Positions 37,614-45,916 of a DNA stretch of 64,000 nucleotides are shown in pieces; the stretch's first letter is position 1; each line of letters opens with the position of its first letter. Position numbers and translations under genes: made by a program. Source of the stretch: Bacteroidales bacterium (lineage in GTDB: Bacteria; Bacteroidota; Bacteroidia; Bacteroidales; NBLH01). Where the stretch lies: contig JAFGWC010000047.1 of the NCBI GenBank assembly GCA_016937695.1, positions 11,529 to 75,528 of the forward strand, written 5' to 3'. The notes below the pieces were generated by a model. It made no database searches. It saw only the letters and a list, made by a program, of their open reading frames with translations, and was not told where the DNA came from.

Positions 37614-39617
37614 ATGTATAATATTTTAAATAAAAGAAATAATTTAATAATTATTTTTCTTTTTTTTGTTTATAGTCTAAGTGCTCAAGACGGCTATTTT
37701 CAATTAAGAGGACGAATATTTCACAATAAAGAAAAATTAGGAAATGTATTTATAAAAGTATATGAAAATTCAAAACTTATAGATTCTACTTATACGACTG
37801 CACAAGGAGCATTTAGCTTTAAATTTAAATTAAACAGCAATTTTTTAGTTGAATTCAGTAAAAATCCATTTGTTACAAAAAAAATTATTGTAAATACAGA
37901 AGTTCCAGAATCAAAAAAATCAAAATTTTTTGATATATTCTTTGCCATGGTAATTGATGATAAAGAGAATGCCGATATGCGTTCGCTAGCAGGATTACCG
38001 GTTTCTAAATATTATTACGATGATATAATTGGAAGCTTTACAGCCAAAAAAATTAGTGCTGATGAAGTTAAAATCGAAAAAACAGATAGTTCAAAAATTA
38101 AAGAATTAGAAAACGAACTTAAAAGAAAAATTGCAGAAATTGATGCCGAAAAATTAAAATTATCTAATTCAAAAAAAACTAGTTATGATGCAGAACAAAT
38201 TATTAATAATGCAAAAAAAGAAGCTGATAGTATTATAAAAGAAGCAAATAAAAAATCAATTGCAATTATACAAAAAGCACAAAAAGATACTGTAAAAATA
38301 AGTCAATCATTAAATATAATAAATAAAGAAATTTCAACTGATGATTTTAAAAAATTATCAGTTAACGAAGAAGAATTTAGAAATAAAGAAAAAGTTAAAA
38401 CAGTAGAAGAAAAAATTAAGACATTAAATAAAATTGCCAATAAATCAGAATCAGAAAAACTTGATATAAAAAAGAACAGACTGGAAATTAGAAAAGAGCT
38501 AATGGATGTTGCCAGATATGAACTGGAAATTGACAGACTAAATGCAAAAACCAAAGAAGACAGTGCTAGAATAGAACAAAGAGAATCTCAGCTAAGCTTT
38601 ATGGAACTTGAAATGAAAACTGCTGAGCAAGAAATTGAAAATGCAAGAAAAGAAATAAAACTTAAAGACTTGGTAATTAAGAACAAAAACATAATGTTAA
38701 TTTCATTTCTTATCGGTTCTATTCTTTTAGTTGTTCTGATATTGGTTATTTATATAAACTATAGAGATAAAAAGAAAATAAATAAAATACTTGAAGATCA
38801 GAATATTGAATTAGAAAAACAATACAATAAAATTAAATCGCAAAACCATCAGATAATGGCAAGTATTAACTACGGAAAACGTATTCAAGATGCAATACTT
38901 CCTTCTGATAAGTTACTAAGTCATTTTTTTAATAACTCATTTGTTTATTTTAAACCAAGAAACATAGTAAGTGGAGATTTTTATTGGTTCTCGGTTCATC
39001 AAGATAATTTATTTTTAGCGGCTGTTGATTGTACAGGTCATGGAGTTCCAGGAGCGTTTATGTCATTGATTGGCAATTCATTACTAAATCATATCGTAAA
39101 TGAAAGAGGAATTTACAAACCTTCAGACATATTAAAAGAGCTCAATATTGGAGTGAATAAAGCATTAAGTCAAAGCAAATCTGGCGATGATGACCATGAA
39201 GACGGAATGGATATAACACTGTGTAAATTTGATAAAAAGAACAATAATATTGAATTATCTTGTGCCAATCATGTTGCATATATTGTAAAAGGCGAAGAAA
39301 TTACTGAAATTGAAGGCGATGAAATTTCGATAGGTGAAATATATTCGCAAAAAGATGATGTTGAATTCACAAACCATATATTACCAATTGATAAAGACTC
39401 TACACTTTATATGTTTTCAGATGGATTTCAAGATCAATTAGGCGGTGAAAATGGAAAGAAATTCATGACCAAAAAGTTAAAACAGTTATTTATTGATAAT
39501 CAGAACATTAAACCCGAAAATCAAATAAATAATATCAATTCAGCATTTGAAAATTGGAAAGCTGATAATAAACAAACAGATGATGTTTTAATAATGGCTG
39601 TAAAATTAGATTTTTAA
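37614..39617 (+). CDS. Membrane PP2C (SpoIIE-family) phosphatase with a periplasmic CRD-like domain and a long K/E-rich coiled coil
   Basis: The signal peptide ends SA|QD, and there is a TM segment MLISFLIGSILLVVLILVIYI. PP2C motifs SGDFYWF, DCTGHGVPGAF, DGMD and SDGF.DQ.GG are present. Confidence 0.8.
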   Translation: MYNILNKRNNLIIIFLFFVYSLSAQDGYFQLRGRIFHNKEKLGNVFIKVYENSKLIDSTYTTAQGAFSFKFKLNSNFLVEFSKNPFVTKKIIVNTEVPESKKSKFFDIFFAMVIDDKENADMRSLAGLPVSKYYYDDIIGSFTAKKISADEVKIEKTDSSKIKELENELKRKIAEIDAEKLKLSNSKKTSYDAEQIINNAKKEADSIIKEANKKSIAIIQKAQKDTVKISQSLNIINKEISTDDFKKLSVNEEEFRNKEKVKTVEEKIKTLNKIANKSESEKLDIKKNRLEIRKELMDVARYELEIDRLNAKTKEDSARIEQRESQLSFMELEMKTAEQEIENARKEIKLKDLVIKNKNIMLISFLIGSILLVVLILVIYINYRDKKKINKILEDQNIELEKQYNKIKSQNHQIMASINYGKRIQDAILPSDKLLSHFFNNSFVYFKPRNIVSGDFYWFSVHQDNLFLAAVDCTGHGVPGAFMSLIGNSLLNHIVNERGIYKPSDILKELNIGVNKALSQSKSGDDDHEDGMDITLCKFDKKNNNIELSCANHVAYIVKGEEITEIEGDEISIGEIYSQKDDVEFTNHILPIDKDSTLYMFSDGFQDQLGGENGKKFMTKKLKQLFIDNQNIKPENQINNINSAFENWKADNKQTDDVLIMAVKLDF

Positions 39618-40349
39618 AATTTCGTCTAAAAGTTTCGGCAATACTTCACCTGCTTTTCCTTCAATAAACATATCAGTTATCGAATTAGTATAACTTGAGT
39701 TTTCCACATTAATTTCAATAATTTTAGCACCATTTTCTTTAGCTCTGTGCGGAATAAGAGATGCAGGCATTATTTCGCCGGTAGTACCAACAACTAAAAA
39801 AACATCAGCATTATAAGCAGCTTCAAACGATAATCTATTAGCAGGTTCAGGAATTCCTTCGCCAAAAAAAATAAAATTGGGTTTTAAAACAGAATTGCAC
39901 TTCTTACAAAAAGGCGGAAGTGTATTTAAATCAACATCTTTAGATAAATACTTTTCAGCACATTTTTCACAAACCATTGTTTGAGAAGTTCCATGATATT
40001 CAAACACCGTTTTACTTCCTGCTTCCTGATGCAAATTATCAATATTCTGAGTAATTACAGATTTAATAATTCCTGATTTTTCCATTTCAGCTATTGCAAA
40101 ATGAGCAGAATTAGGCTTGGCTTTTCCAAAAAAATCATAAAATAATTCATTTATAACTTTCCATGCCTCAAGTGGTTTTGCATGAAAATAGTTGATATCC
40201 AATACTATAGGATTATATTTACTCCATAAACCTGTTTTTCCTCTAAAAGGCGGAATACCGCTTTCAACTGAAATTCCTGCACCTGTAAATGCTACAGCAT
40301 ATTTAGAGTTTTTTAAAAATTTAGCCGCTTCGTGTATATTATCCATCAT
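39606..40349 (-). CDS. NAD-dependent protein deacylase (Sir2/CobB family)
   Basis: It has GAGISVESGIPPFRG, TQNIDNLH and HG, plus a Zn ribbon (CEKC...CKKC), in ~247 aa. The 3' end overlaps the convergent PP2C gene by 12 nt. Confidence 0.85.
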   Translation of the reverse strand: MMDNIHEAAKFLKNSKYAVAFTGAGISVESGIPPFRGKTGLWSKYNPIVLDINYFHAKPLEAWKVINELFYDFFGKAKPNSAHFAIAEMEKSGIIKSVITQNIDNLHQEAGSKTVFEYHGTSQTMVCEKCAEKYLSKDVDLNTLPPFCKKCNSVLKPNFIFFGEGIPEPANRLSFEAAYNADVFLVVGTTGEIMPASLIPHRAKENGAKIIEINVENSSYTNSITDMFIEGKAGEVLPKLLDEILKI

Positions 40350-40585
40350 TATTTTCTTGATTTATAAAAATATTTCTAAGAATACTAAAATCTATATTTT
40401 ATAAGGAATTAATTTTAAAGCTAAATATACAAAAAAATAGCCATAAGGCACAATTCCTTATTTAAACCCCTAAAAACACTTAATTAAGTCTATTTTAATC
40501 TTTTATGTTTATTTAAAGATTAACTATATCTCAAAACTTTAACAATTTTTAAGAAGTATTCAATGAATTTAACATAAAACCAGTT

Positions 40586-40593
40586 TATCTTTG
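40586..40593 (+). promoter_or_regulatory. Candidate -7 promoter box TATCTTTG immediately upstream of the left motif/terminator module
   Basis: A perfect TAnnTTTG ending 5 nt before the conserved GGTTTAGG. Confidence 0.35.
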
Positions 40594-40598
40594 CTGCA

Positions 40599-40660
40599 GG
40601 TTTAGGTTAGTAATTAAGTAAAGAATTCGAGCAACTTCAAAAAGGTTGCTCTTTCTTTTT
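40599..40660 (+). ncRNA. Left 'GGTTTAGGTTAnTAATT + intrinsic terminator' module (candidate ~60-nt small RNA, or a terminator-linked repeat)
   Basis: The motif is at 40599-40615 and the hairpin GAGCAAC(9 nt)GTTGCTC at 40629-40651, followed by TTTCTTTTT. No plus-strand gene lies upstream for it to terminate. Confidence 0.35.
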
Positions 40661-40727
40661 GGGTAAAATCAAAATTAATTACATTTTTTGCAAAACATTT
40701 AAATTTTAAATAATACAAATAAAACTT

Positions 40728-41138
40728 CTACAGAGACTTAAATATTCTTGCTAAAGAAAATCCTGGTGCTTTCATATCTAAATCAAGAAAATAACCAAAA
40801 GGAGTTTGAGCTGTTTGATAATCAGCATTTTGCAATCTTGATTCAGCCATATTAAAAAGCTCTTTTGTAAATTCAGGATTTGCTTTACTTTCTGATAAAT
40901 GTGCAAATGAGTGAAGTACAACAAATTTAGTATTATTTTTACTGGCTGCCCATTTTAAATTCTTAACCAATTTTTTTTCAATTCCAACAATATCTTCTTC
41001 GTCTTTTTCTTCAGCTTGTATAAACGCTACAATACAATTCTCAAAATCATCACCTTCAGTAACATTTTCGGCAGCTTCTAGATTTTTTAATGTTAGTTTA
41101 TAAGAAAATTTTTCTGAAAAAATCATTAACAACTTCAT
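40728..41138 (-). CDS. Free-standing homologue of the archaeal threonyl-tRNA synthetase N-terminal editing domain (tRNA-Thr_ED / DTD-like fold)
   Basis: The 136-aa protein aligns along its length with the archaeal ThrRS editing domain as I recall it: MK.L.I.S..F, C.V.FI.AE..DE, VV....FAHLS......PE, and PFG.F......K..G.SL.R. Confidence 0.65.
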   Translation of the reverse strand: MKLLMIFSEKFSYKLTLKNLEAAENVTEGDDFENCIVAFIQAEEKDEEDIVGIEKKLVKNLKWAASKNNTKFVVLHSFAHLSESKANPEFTKELFNMAESRLQNADYQTAQTPFGYFLDLDMKAPGFSLARIFKSL

Positions 41139-41185
41139 AAATTAAAATTTAAATTGATATTTTTAATATTTTCAATTATTGATAT

Positions 41186-41230
41186 AAAAAAAGGGCGGGT
41201 AACCAATCCGCCCAATTATTAACCTAAACC
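41186..41230 (-). ncRNA. Right 'GGTTTAGGTTAATAATT + intrinsic terminator' module, in the 5' region of the ThrRS-editing-domain homologue
   Basis: On the minus strand, the motif (41230-41214) abuts the hairpin GGGCGG(9 nt)CCGCCC (41213-41193), followed by T7 (41192-41186). It lies 48 nt upstream of the ATG at 41138. Confidence 0.35.
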
Positions 41231-41278
41231 CTATTATGAAAAAATCTTATTTAATAAAATAAAATTTTCAACTTTAAA

Positions 41279-41286
41279 CAAATTTA
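41279..41286 (-). promoter_or_regulatory. Candidate -7 promoter box TAAATTTG (minus strand) upstream of the right module
   Basis: A perfect TAnnTTTG on the minus strand. A start ~7 nt downstream would give an ~85-nt transcript up to the terminator at 41186. Confidence 0.3.
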
Positions 41287-41425
41287 ATGCATCCTAAACT
41301 TATGTCAAATTATATTCTATTAAAAAATGTTAAATGATAATGTATTTTTTGAAATTTTCATTTTTAAATAATTTTCATTCTTAAATAAAATATTTAACTT
41401 TGAGATAAATCAATAAAATATAAAA

Positions 41426-42268
41426 ATGAAGTGGACAAATTATCACAGTCATACAAGTTTTAGTGATGGAAAAGGTGAAGCAGAACTATATGCAATATCT
41501 GCAATAGAACATAAAATGTACGCTTATGGATATTCTTGTCATTCGCCGGTTCCATTTTACAGCGGTTGGAACATGAAATTTGAAAATCTGCTTGCATATA
41601 TTAATGAGATAAAGAGATTAAAAATTAAATATCAGGATAAAATAAAAATATTTCTTGGAATGGAAATAGACTATATCAAAAACATTATTGGTATAAATAA
41701 TTTCAAACATTTAAACTTAGATTATACTATCGGCGGCGTTCATTTTTTAGGTTTTTTTGATGATGGAAGTGCTTGGGATTATGATGGAGGAAAAATCAAA
41801 TATGAAAAAGGCCTAAAAGAACTTTTCAATAACGATATTAAATCACTTGTTAAATATTATTACGAACAAGTTAATAATATGATTATTGATGAAAAACCAG
41901 ATATTGTTGCACATTTAGATTTGATAAAAAAATATAACAAAGGCAATTTTTTTTTCGATGAAAATGAAAAATGGTACAAAGATTTAGTTTTTGAAACTCT
42001 GAATATAATCTCAAAAAGCGATTCTATTTTAGAAGTTAATACAAGAGGCGTTTTAAAAGGATTAAATGAAGAGTTTTACCCTTCAAATTTTGTTTTAGAC
42101 AAGTGCAAAGAACTAAATATAAAAATGTGCATTAATGCAGATACACACAATCCAACAGATGTAATGGCTTTGTTGCCGGAAGTAAGAAATTTATTGATTG
42201 ACAAAGGATTTAAAGAGTTTTATATTTTTGATGAAAAAGGCTGGGAACCGATAGGAATTGAGAATTAA
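41426..42268 (+). CDS. PHP-domain histidinol-phosphatase-family (HisJ-like) phosphoesterase
   Basis: It has the N-terminal YHSHTSFSDGKG, later GGVHF, AHLD and NADTHNP metal-ligand motifs, in ~280 aa. Confidence 0.75.
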   Translation: MKWTNYHSHTSFSDGKGEAELYAISAIEHKMYAYGYSCHSPVPFYSGWNMKFENLLAYINEIKRLKIKYQDKIKIFLGMEIDYIKNIIGINNFKHLNLDYTIGGVHFLGFFDDGSAWDYDGGKIKYEKGLKELFNNDIKSLVKYYYEQVNNMIIDEKPDIVAHLDLIKKYNKGNFFFDENEKWYKDLVFETLNIISKSDSILEVNTRGVLKGLNEEFYPSNFVLDKCKELNIKMCINADTHNPTDVMALLPEVRNLLIDKGFKEFYIFDEKGWEPIGIEN

Positions 42269-42330
42269 AAATTAGGAATTAAAAACTTGGAACTTAAAAC
42301 CAGAAGCTACATATTAAAAAATATAAAAAA

Positions 42331-43368
42331 GTGCAGATAGATTTTCATTACAATACAATAAGAGTTTTGATGGAAAAAGTTGGTTTTTCATCTGAAGATT
42401 CTCAGATAATAGCATATTCTTGTCAATTTGTAGATGATGCTGTTGATCATGAAGAGATGAATGTAAATGGAAGATTAGATATTTTGCATAAACGATTTTC
42501 AAATAAAACATTCAATCCTGTTTGCACAGCTCATAAAGGACTGCAATTTTTAAAAGGATTTAAAAAAGATGTTCAAGATAGAATATATATTCCCTTTCAT
42601 TTTTTAGCAGATTTAGATGAATTAAAAAGTGAAAATGATTCATTTATTGTAAACCCAAATGGTAATTTAGCTAAAAATTTGGTTCTTTTAGCTAAAACGG
42701 AATTAAGTAAAACCACAGGCGAAGAAAGAATAATGAATTTAGTAAGATTGGGAATTGCAATACATACATATTCAGACACTTGGGCTCACCAAGGATTTTC
42801 GGGTCGCCACAATTCAGTTGAAAACGATATTGAGGATATTGAATTATATCAAGAAGGAAAATGGGAAAAGATTTCGTTTATTAACAATCTGGAATACAAC
42901 TCATTGCCAGATATTGGTCATGCCGAAGCCGCAAGTTATCCGGATCAATCGCATCTTAAATGGAGATATCGAAAACTTAGTACAAACACTATTATAGAAA
43001 GAGATAATTCCAAAATTTTTCTTGAAGCTGCTGAAAATATTTTTAACATATTTATAGGTATAAATAAAAAATCAGAATGGGAATCTTTAAAAACAAAACT
43101 GAATGAATGTTTCTTATTTTACAGCGATTCACTTGACGAGAAATTCAATAAATTTCAAAAAGTTTTTCCTGAAATTGGATTTTATTACGATTCAAAACAA
43201 TGGCATAACGAAGCATTAAGTGTTGTAAAACCCAATAATATTGTGAAAAAAATTAAAGAAGATAAGCCAAATTATATTTTGGGAAGCGATAAAAAATGGT
43301 TTTATTTTCATCTTGCAGCTCTAGAGCAAAGAGAATTTATAATTAAATTTCTTCAATTTCAGAAATAA
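42331..43368 (+). CDS. Conserved hypothetical protein with a His-rich motif (IAIHTYSDTWAHQGFSG) reminiscent of zinc phospholipase-C-like folds; GTG start predicted
   Basis: There is no signal peptide. The ORF opens with GTG at 42331, and an alternative ATG lies at 42370. H/D-rich motifs FHYN, DDAVDH, HTYSDTWAH and DIGHAEA are present. Confidence 0.4.
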   Translation: MQIDFHYNTIRVLMEKVGFSSEDSQIIAYSCQFVDDAVDHEEMNVNGRLDILHKRFSNKTFNPVCTAHKGLQFLKGFKKDVQDRIYIPFHFLADLDELKSENDSFIVNPNGNLAKNLVLLAKTELSKTTGEERIMNLVRLGIAIHTYSDTWAHQGFSGRHNSVENDIEDIELYQEGKWEKISFINNLEYNSLPDIGHAEAASYPDQSHLKWRYRKLSTNTIIERDNSKIFLEAAENIFNIFIGINKKSEWESLKTKLNECFLFYSDSLDEKFNKFQKVFPEIGFYYDSKQWHNEALSVVKPNNIVKKIKEDKPNYILGSDKKWFYFHLAALEQREFIIKFLQFQK

Positions 43369-43371
43369 AAA

Positions 43372-43395
43372 AAAGCCGATTCTAAAATCGGCTTT
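43372..43395. terminator. Bidirectional intrinsic terminator between convergent genes
   Basis: A 10-bp stem AAAGCCGATT / AATCGGCTTT with a 4-nt loop, an A-run before and T-rich sequence after. Confidence 0.8.
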
Positions 43396-43417
43396 ATAGA
43401 TTTTTTTTGAAAATTTC

Positions 43418-45265
43418 TTATATTCTAAGTCCAAAAACCACAATATCATCAATTTGATCATGATCTGTTCCCATCCAATCTATAATAGTTTGATTAAGAA
43501 TTTCTCTTTGTTCTTTCATTGGTTTTTTATAATTTTCAATTAATAATTCTTTAAATTTCTTTGTTTTAAATTTTTGCCCAAGTTCGCCACCAAACTGGTC
43601 TATATAACCATCTGAAAAAGTATAAAGACAATCATTTTTTTGTAATTGAAATTTATGATTAGTAAAATCTTTTTCTACAATATAAACAGAAATTGGCTGC
43701 CTGTCAGCTTTTAAATGAATGAGCTCCTCAGCACCTTCCCGTAAAATATAAAGTGGATTATACGCTCCGGAAAATTGCAACTCAAGTGTCTCAGAATTAA
43801 TAATATACAAGGCTATATCCATTCCGTCTTTTGTTTCATCTTCTCTTCCCCTTTGACCTAAGGATTTTTTCACTTTATTTCTTAATCTGTTTAATAATTC
43901 TCCTGCATTATCAAGACTTCTCGGACTAACTATTTCATTCAAAAAAGAAGTCCCAAGCATACTCATAAAAGCTCCGGGAACGCCATGTCCAGTACAATCA
44001 GCAACAGCAACAATAATAAAGTTTTTAATTTCGCTAACCCAATAAAAATCACCACTTACAATATCTCTGGGTTTTAATAATATAAAATATTCTTTTAATA
44101 TCTGATTTATATACTCATCCGAAGGGAAAATTGCTTTTTGAATTCTTTTTGCATAATTAATACTATCAACAATATCTTCTTTTTGTTTTAATGCTATATC
44201 TCTTTGAATTTCAATTTCTTCTTTCTGAGTTTCAATTTCTTCATTTTGTTCTTGTATTTCTGCATTTCTTTCCAATAATTGCTCCGATTGAGCTGAAATT
44301 TCTTCGCTTTTTTCTATAATTTCTGCGTTTTGTAATGCTAAAAGTTTATTTGCTTTTCGCTTTGCTCTATAAAGGCTAAATATTATGATTAAAAATATTA
44401 ATATTACTGTAAAAAAAACCGTAAATGCCATTAACCATTGACGTTGCAACTTAACTTGTTCTTTTTGCTTTTGAATTTTTTCTTCTTTAATTTTTTTATC
44501 AATATACAATTGTCCAATTTCTTCACTTTTTTTAATAGTATCTTGTACTAAATCACTTTTCTCATTTTTTACAACAGTTAATGTGCTATCTACAATATTT
44601 AACTGCATTTTTTTTTCTTCACTCTCCTTTACTGCAGATTCATACTTTGTTTCTAGTATATTAATTTTTTGTTTTTCATATGTAATTTTAGTAGATCCTT
44701 TATAACTATTAAACTCTTGTAAATATTCAAATGCAGCTTTATAATTATTTTGACTTGCATATATTTTAACAACTGATTCATATAATTTACAAACAAGACT
44801 TGGATATTTAACGGCTCTTGCTTCCTTAAGTATTTCTTCATAAATAGAAAGAGCTTTTTTAGTTTTACCGTTAGCTTCATATGCTGAACCAATATTATAA
44901 TAAGTTTTTAATTTAGAAATATTATGACCAAGCAATTTTCTTAACTCTAATTCTTTTTCGTAATATTTTATTGCAGATTTATAATTTTCTTGTTTAAAAT
45001 ATGCAGTTCCAATCATGTTTAACGAATTAGCTTGCATATTCTTATCATTCATTTTTTTGGCAAGTTCATAAGCTTTATTGCCATACTTAAGGCTTTTTTC
45101 TGTTGATATTGGTAAATATTCTTTCGATAGTTTATACAGAATCTCATTTTTCTCTATTTCTTCTGCTGTTTGCAATTTTTTTTCAAGAATTTCTATACTT
45201 TGCTGTGCATTTGAAAATAAATAAAAAAATATTATTGATAAAAAAAGAAGTGAAATTTTTCGCAT
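43418..45265 (-). CDS. Membrane PP2C (SpoIIE-family) phosphatase with a periplasmic TPR sensor region and coiled coil
   Basis: The signal peptide ends NA|QQ. It has TPR-like repeats (A...Y.KA...), a TM segment LMAFTVFFTVILIFLIIIFSL, and PP2C motifs SGDFYWV, DCTGHGVPGAF, DGMD and SDGY.DQFGG. Confidence 0.8.
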   Translation of the reverse strand: MRKISLLFLSIIFFYLFSNAQQSIEILEKKLQTAEEIEKNEILYKLSKEYLPISTEKSLKYGNKAYELAKKMNDKNMQANSLNMIGTAYFKQENYKSAIKYYEKELELRKLLGHNISKLKTYYNIGSAYEANGKTKKALSIYEEILKEARAVKYPSLVCKLYESVVKIYASQNNYKAAFEYLQEFNSYKGSTKITYEKQKINILETKYESAVKESEEKKMQLNIVDSTLTVVKNEKSDLVQDTIKKSEEIGQLYIDKKIKEEKIQKQKEQVKLQRQWLMAFTVFFTVILIFLIIIFSLYRAKRKANKLLALQNAEIIEKSEEISAQSEQLLERNAEIQEQNEEIETQKEEIEIQRDIALKQKEDIVDSINYAKRIQKAIFPSDEYINQILKEYFILLKPRDIVSGDFYWVSEIKNFIIVAVADCTGHGVPGAFMSMLGTSFLNEIVSPRSLDNAGELLNRLRNKVKKSLGQRGREDETKDGMDIALYIINSETLELQFSGAYNPLYILREGAEELIHLKADRQPISVYIVEKDFTNHKFQLQKNDCLYTFSDGYIDQFGGELGQKFKTKKFKELLIENYKKPMKEQREILNQTIIDWMGTDHDQIDDIVVFGLRI

Positions 45266-45370
45266 GGGTTATTTTTTAATTTACTATAACAATTACCGAA
45301 CAAATATAATTTAAATAAAAATAAATTAATATTTATCAGTCAATTAAATATTTATTTTGGTAAAAATCTT

Positions 45371-45410
45371 ATAAAAAAATAGCTTTGAGTGATAATCTAC
45401 TCAAAGCTAT
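45371..45410 (-). terminator. Intrinsic terminator after the 66-aa ORF
   Basis: A 12-bp stem ATAGCTTTGAGT / ACTCAAAGCTAT followed by T7 on the minus strand. Confidence 0.75.
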
Positions 45411-45431
45411 TCTATACTTTTATTTAAAAAA

Positions 45432-45632
45432 CTAAATTAATCCTTTGTGAAGCATTTCAATAATATTATCTACAACTTCTTTTCTTGGAGTAAATAAAGT
45501 TTTCTCAAAAAAATTGTTTAAAAATTTGGAATCTCTCTTTTCTTCATCATCTTTTTTATCAAAATCAATTAAAAAATTTTCATCTTCATTAAGATTATTT
45601 AAAGAAAAAAATAAATTGTAAAAGTTTTTCAT
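45432..45632 (-). CDS. Small acidic hypothetical protein (66 aa)
   Basis: A stand-alone ORF in an otherwise non-coding gap, followed by its own strong terminator. It has no recognisable motif. Confidence 0.4.
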   Translation of the reverse strand: MKNFYNLFFSLNNLNEDENFLIDFDKKDDEEKRDSKFLNNFFEKTLFTPRKEVVDNIIEMLHKGLI

Positions 45633-45916
45633 AGGCCAAAGTGTAAATTATTAAATCTTTTATTTGAAAACGCAATTAAATTATTTTTATTATTAAATGA
45701 TATAATTTGATTAACATTTTTTTTAAATGATAAAATTGAATTTTAATTAAACAAATTAAAGCACCTAATAAATTATTTAAATAAGTGCTTATTACTTTCT
45801 ATTTTGCAGAAAATGAGCAATTTAGTAAATTTCAGAATCAAAATAAAAAAACTTTACTAAATATCATTTTCAAAGTATATTTTCTTGTGTTTGCTTTTTT
45901 GATAAACAATCTAATT

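Noticed and set aside
39606-40349. The Sir2-domain protein considered as part of an anti-phage defence system (Thoeris, DSR or SIR2-HerA type).
   Set aside because: It is a compact 247-aa CobB-type sirtuin with the usual GAGIS, QNID.LH and Zn-ribbon motifs. It has no fused or adjacent TIR, HerA, SLOG, Argonaute or nuclease partner. The 12-nt convergent overlap with the PP2C gene is unremarkable.
40599-41230. The 17-bp inverted repeats flanking the 136-aa gene read as MITE/IS termini or integron attC-type cassette boundaries.
   Set aside because: There are no target-site duplications. The GTTRRRY/RYYYAAC core pattern is not satisfied. No integrase or transposase is in the window. Each repeat is associated with its own different hairpin rather than forming one extended terminal repeat.
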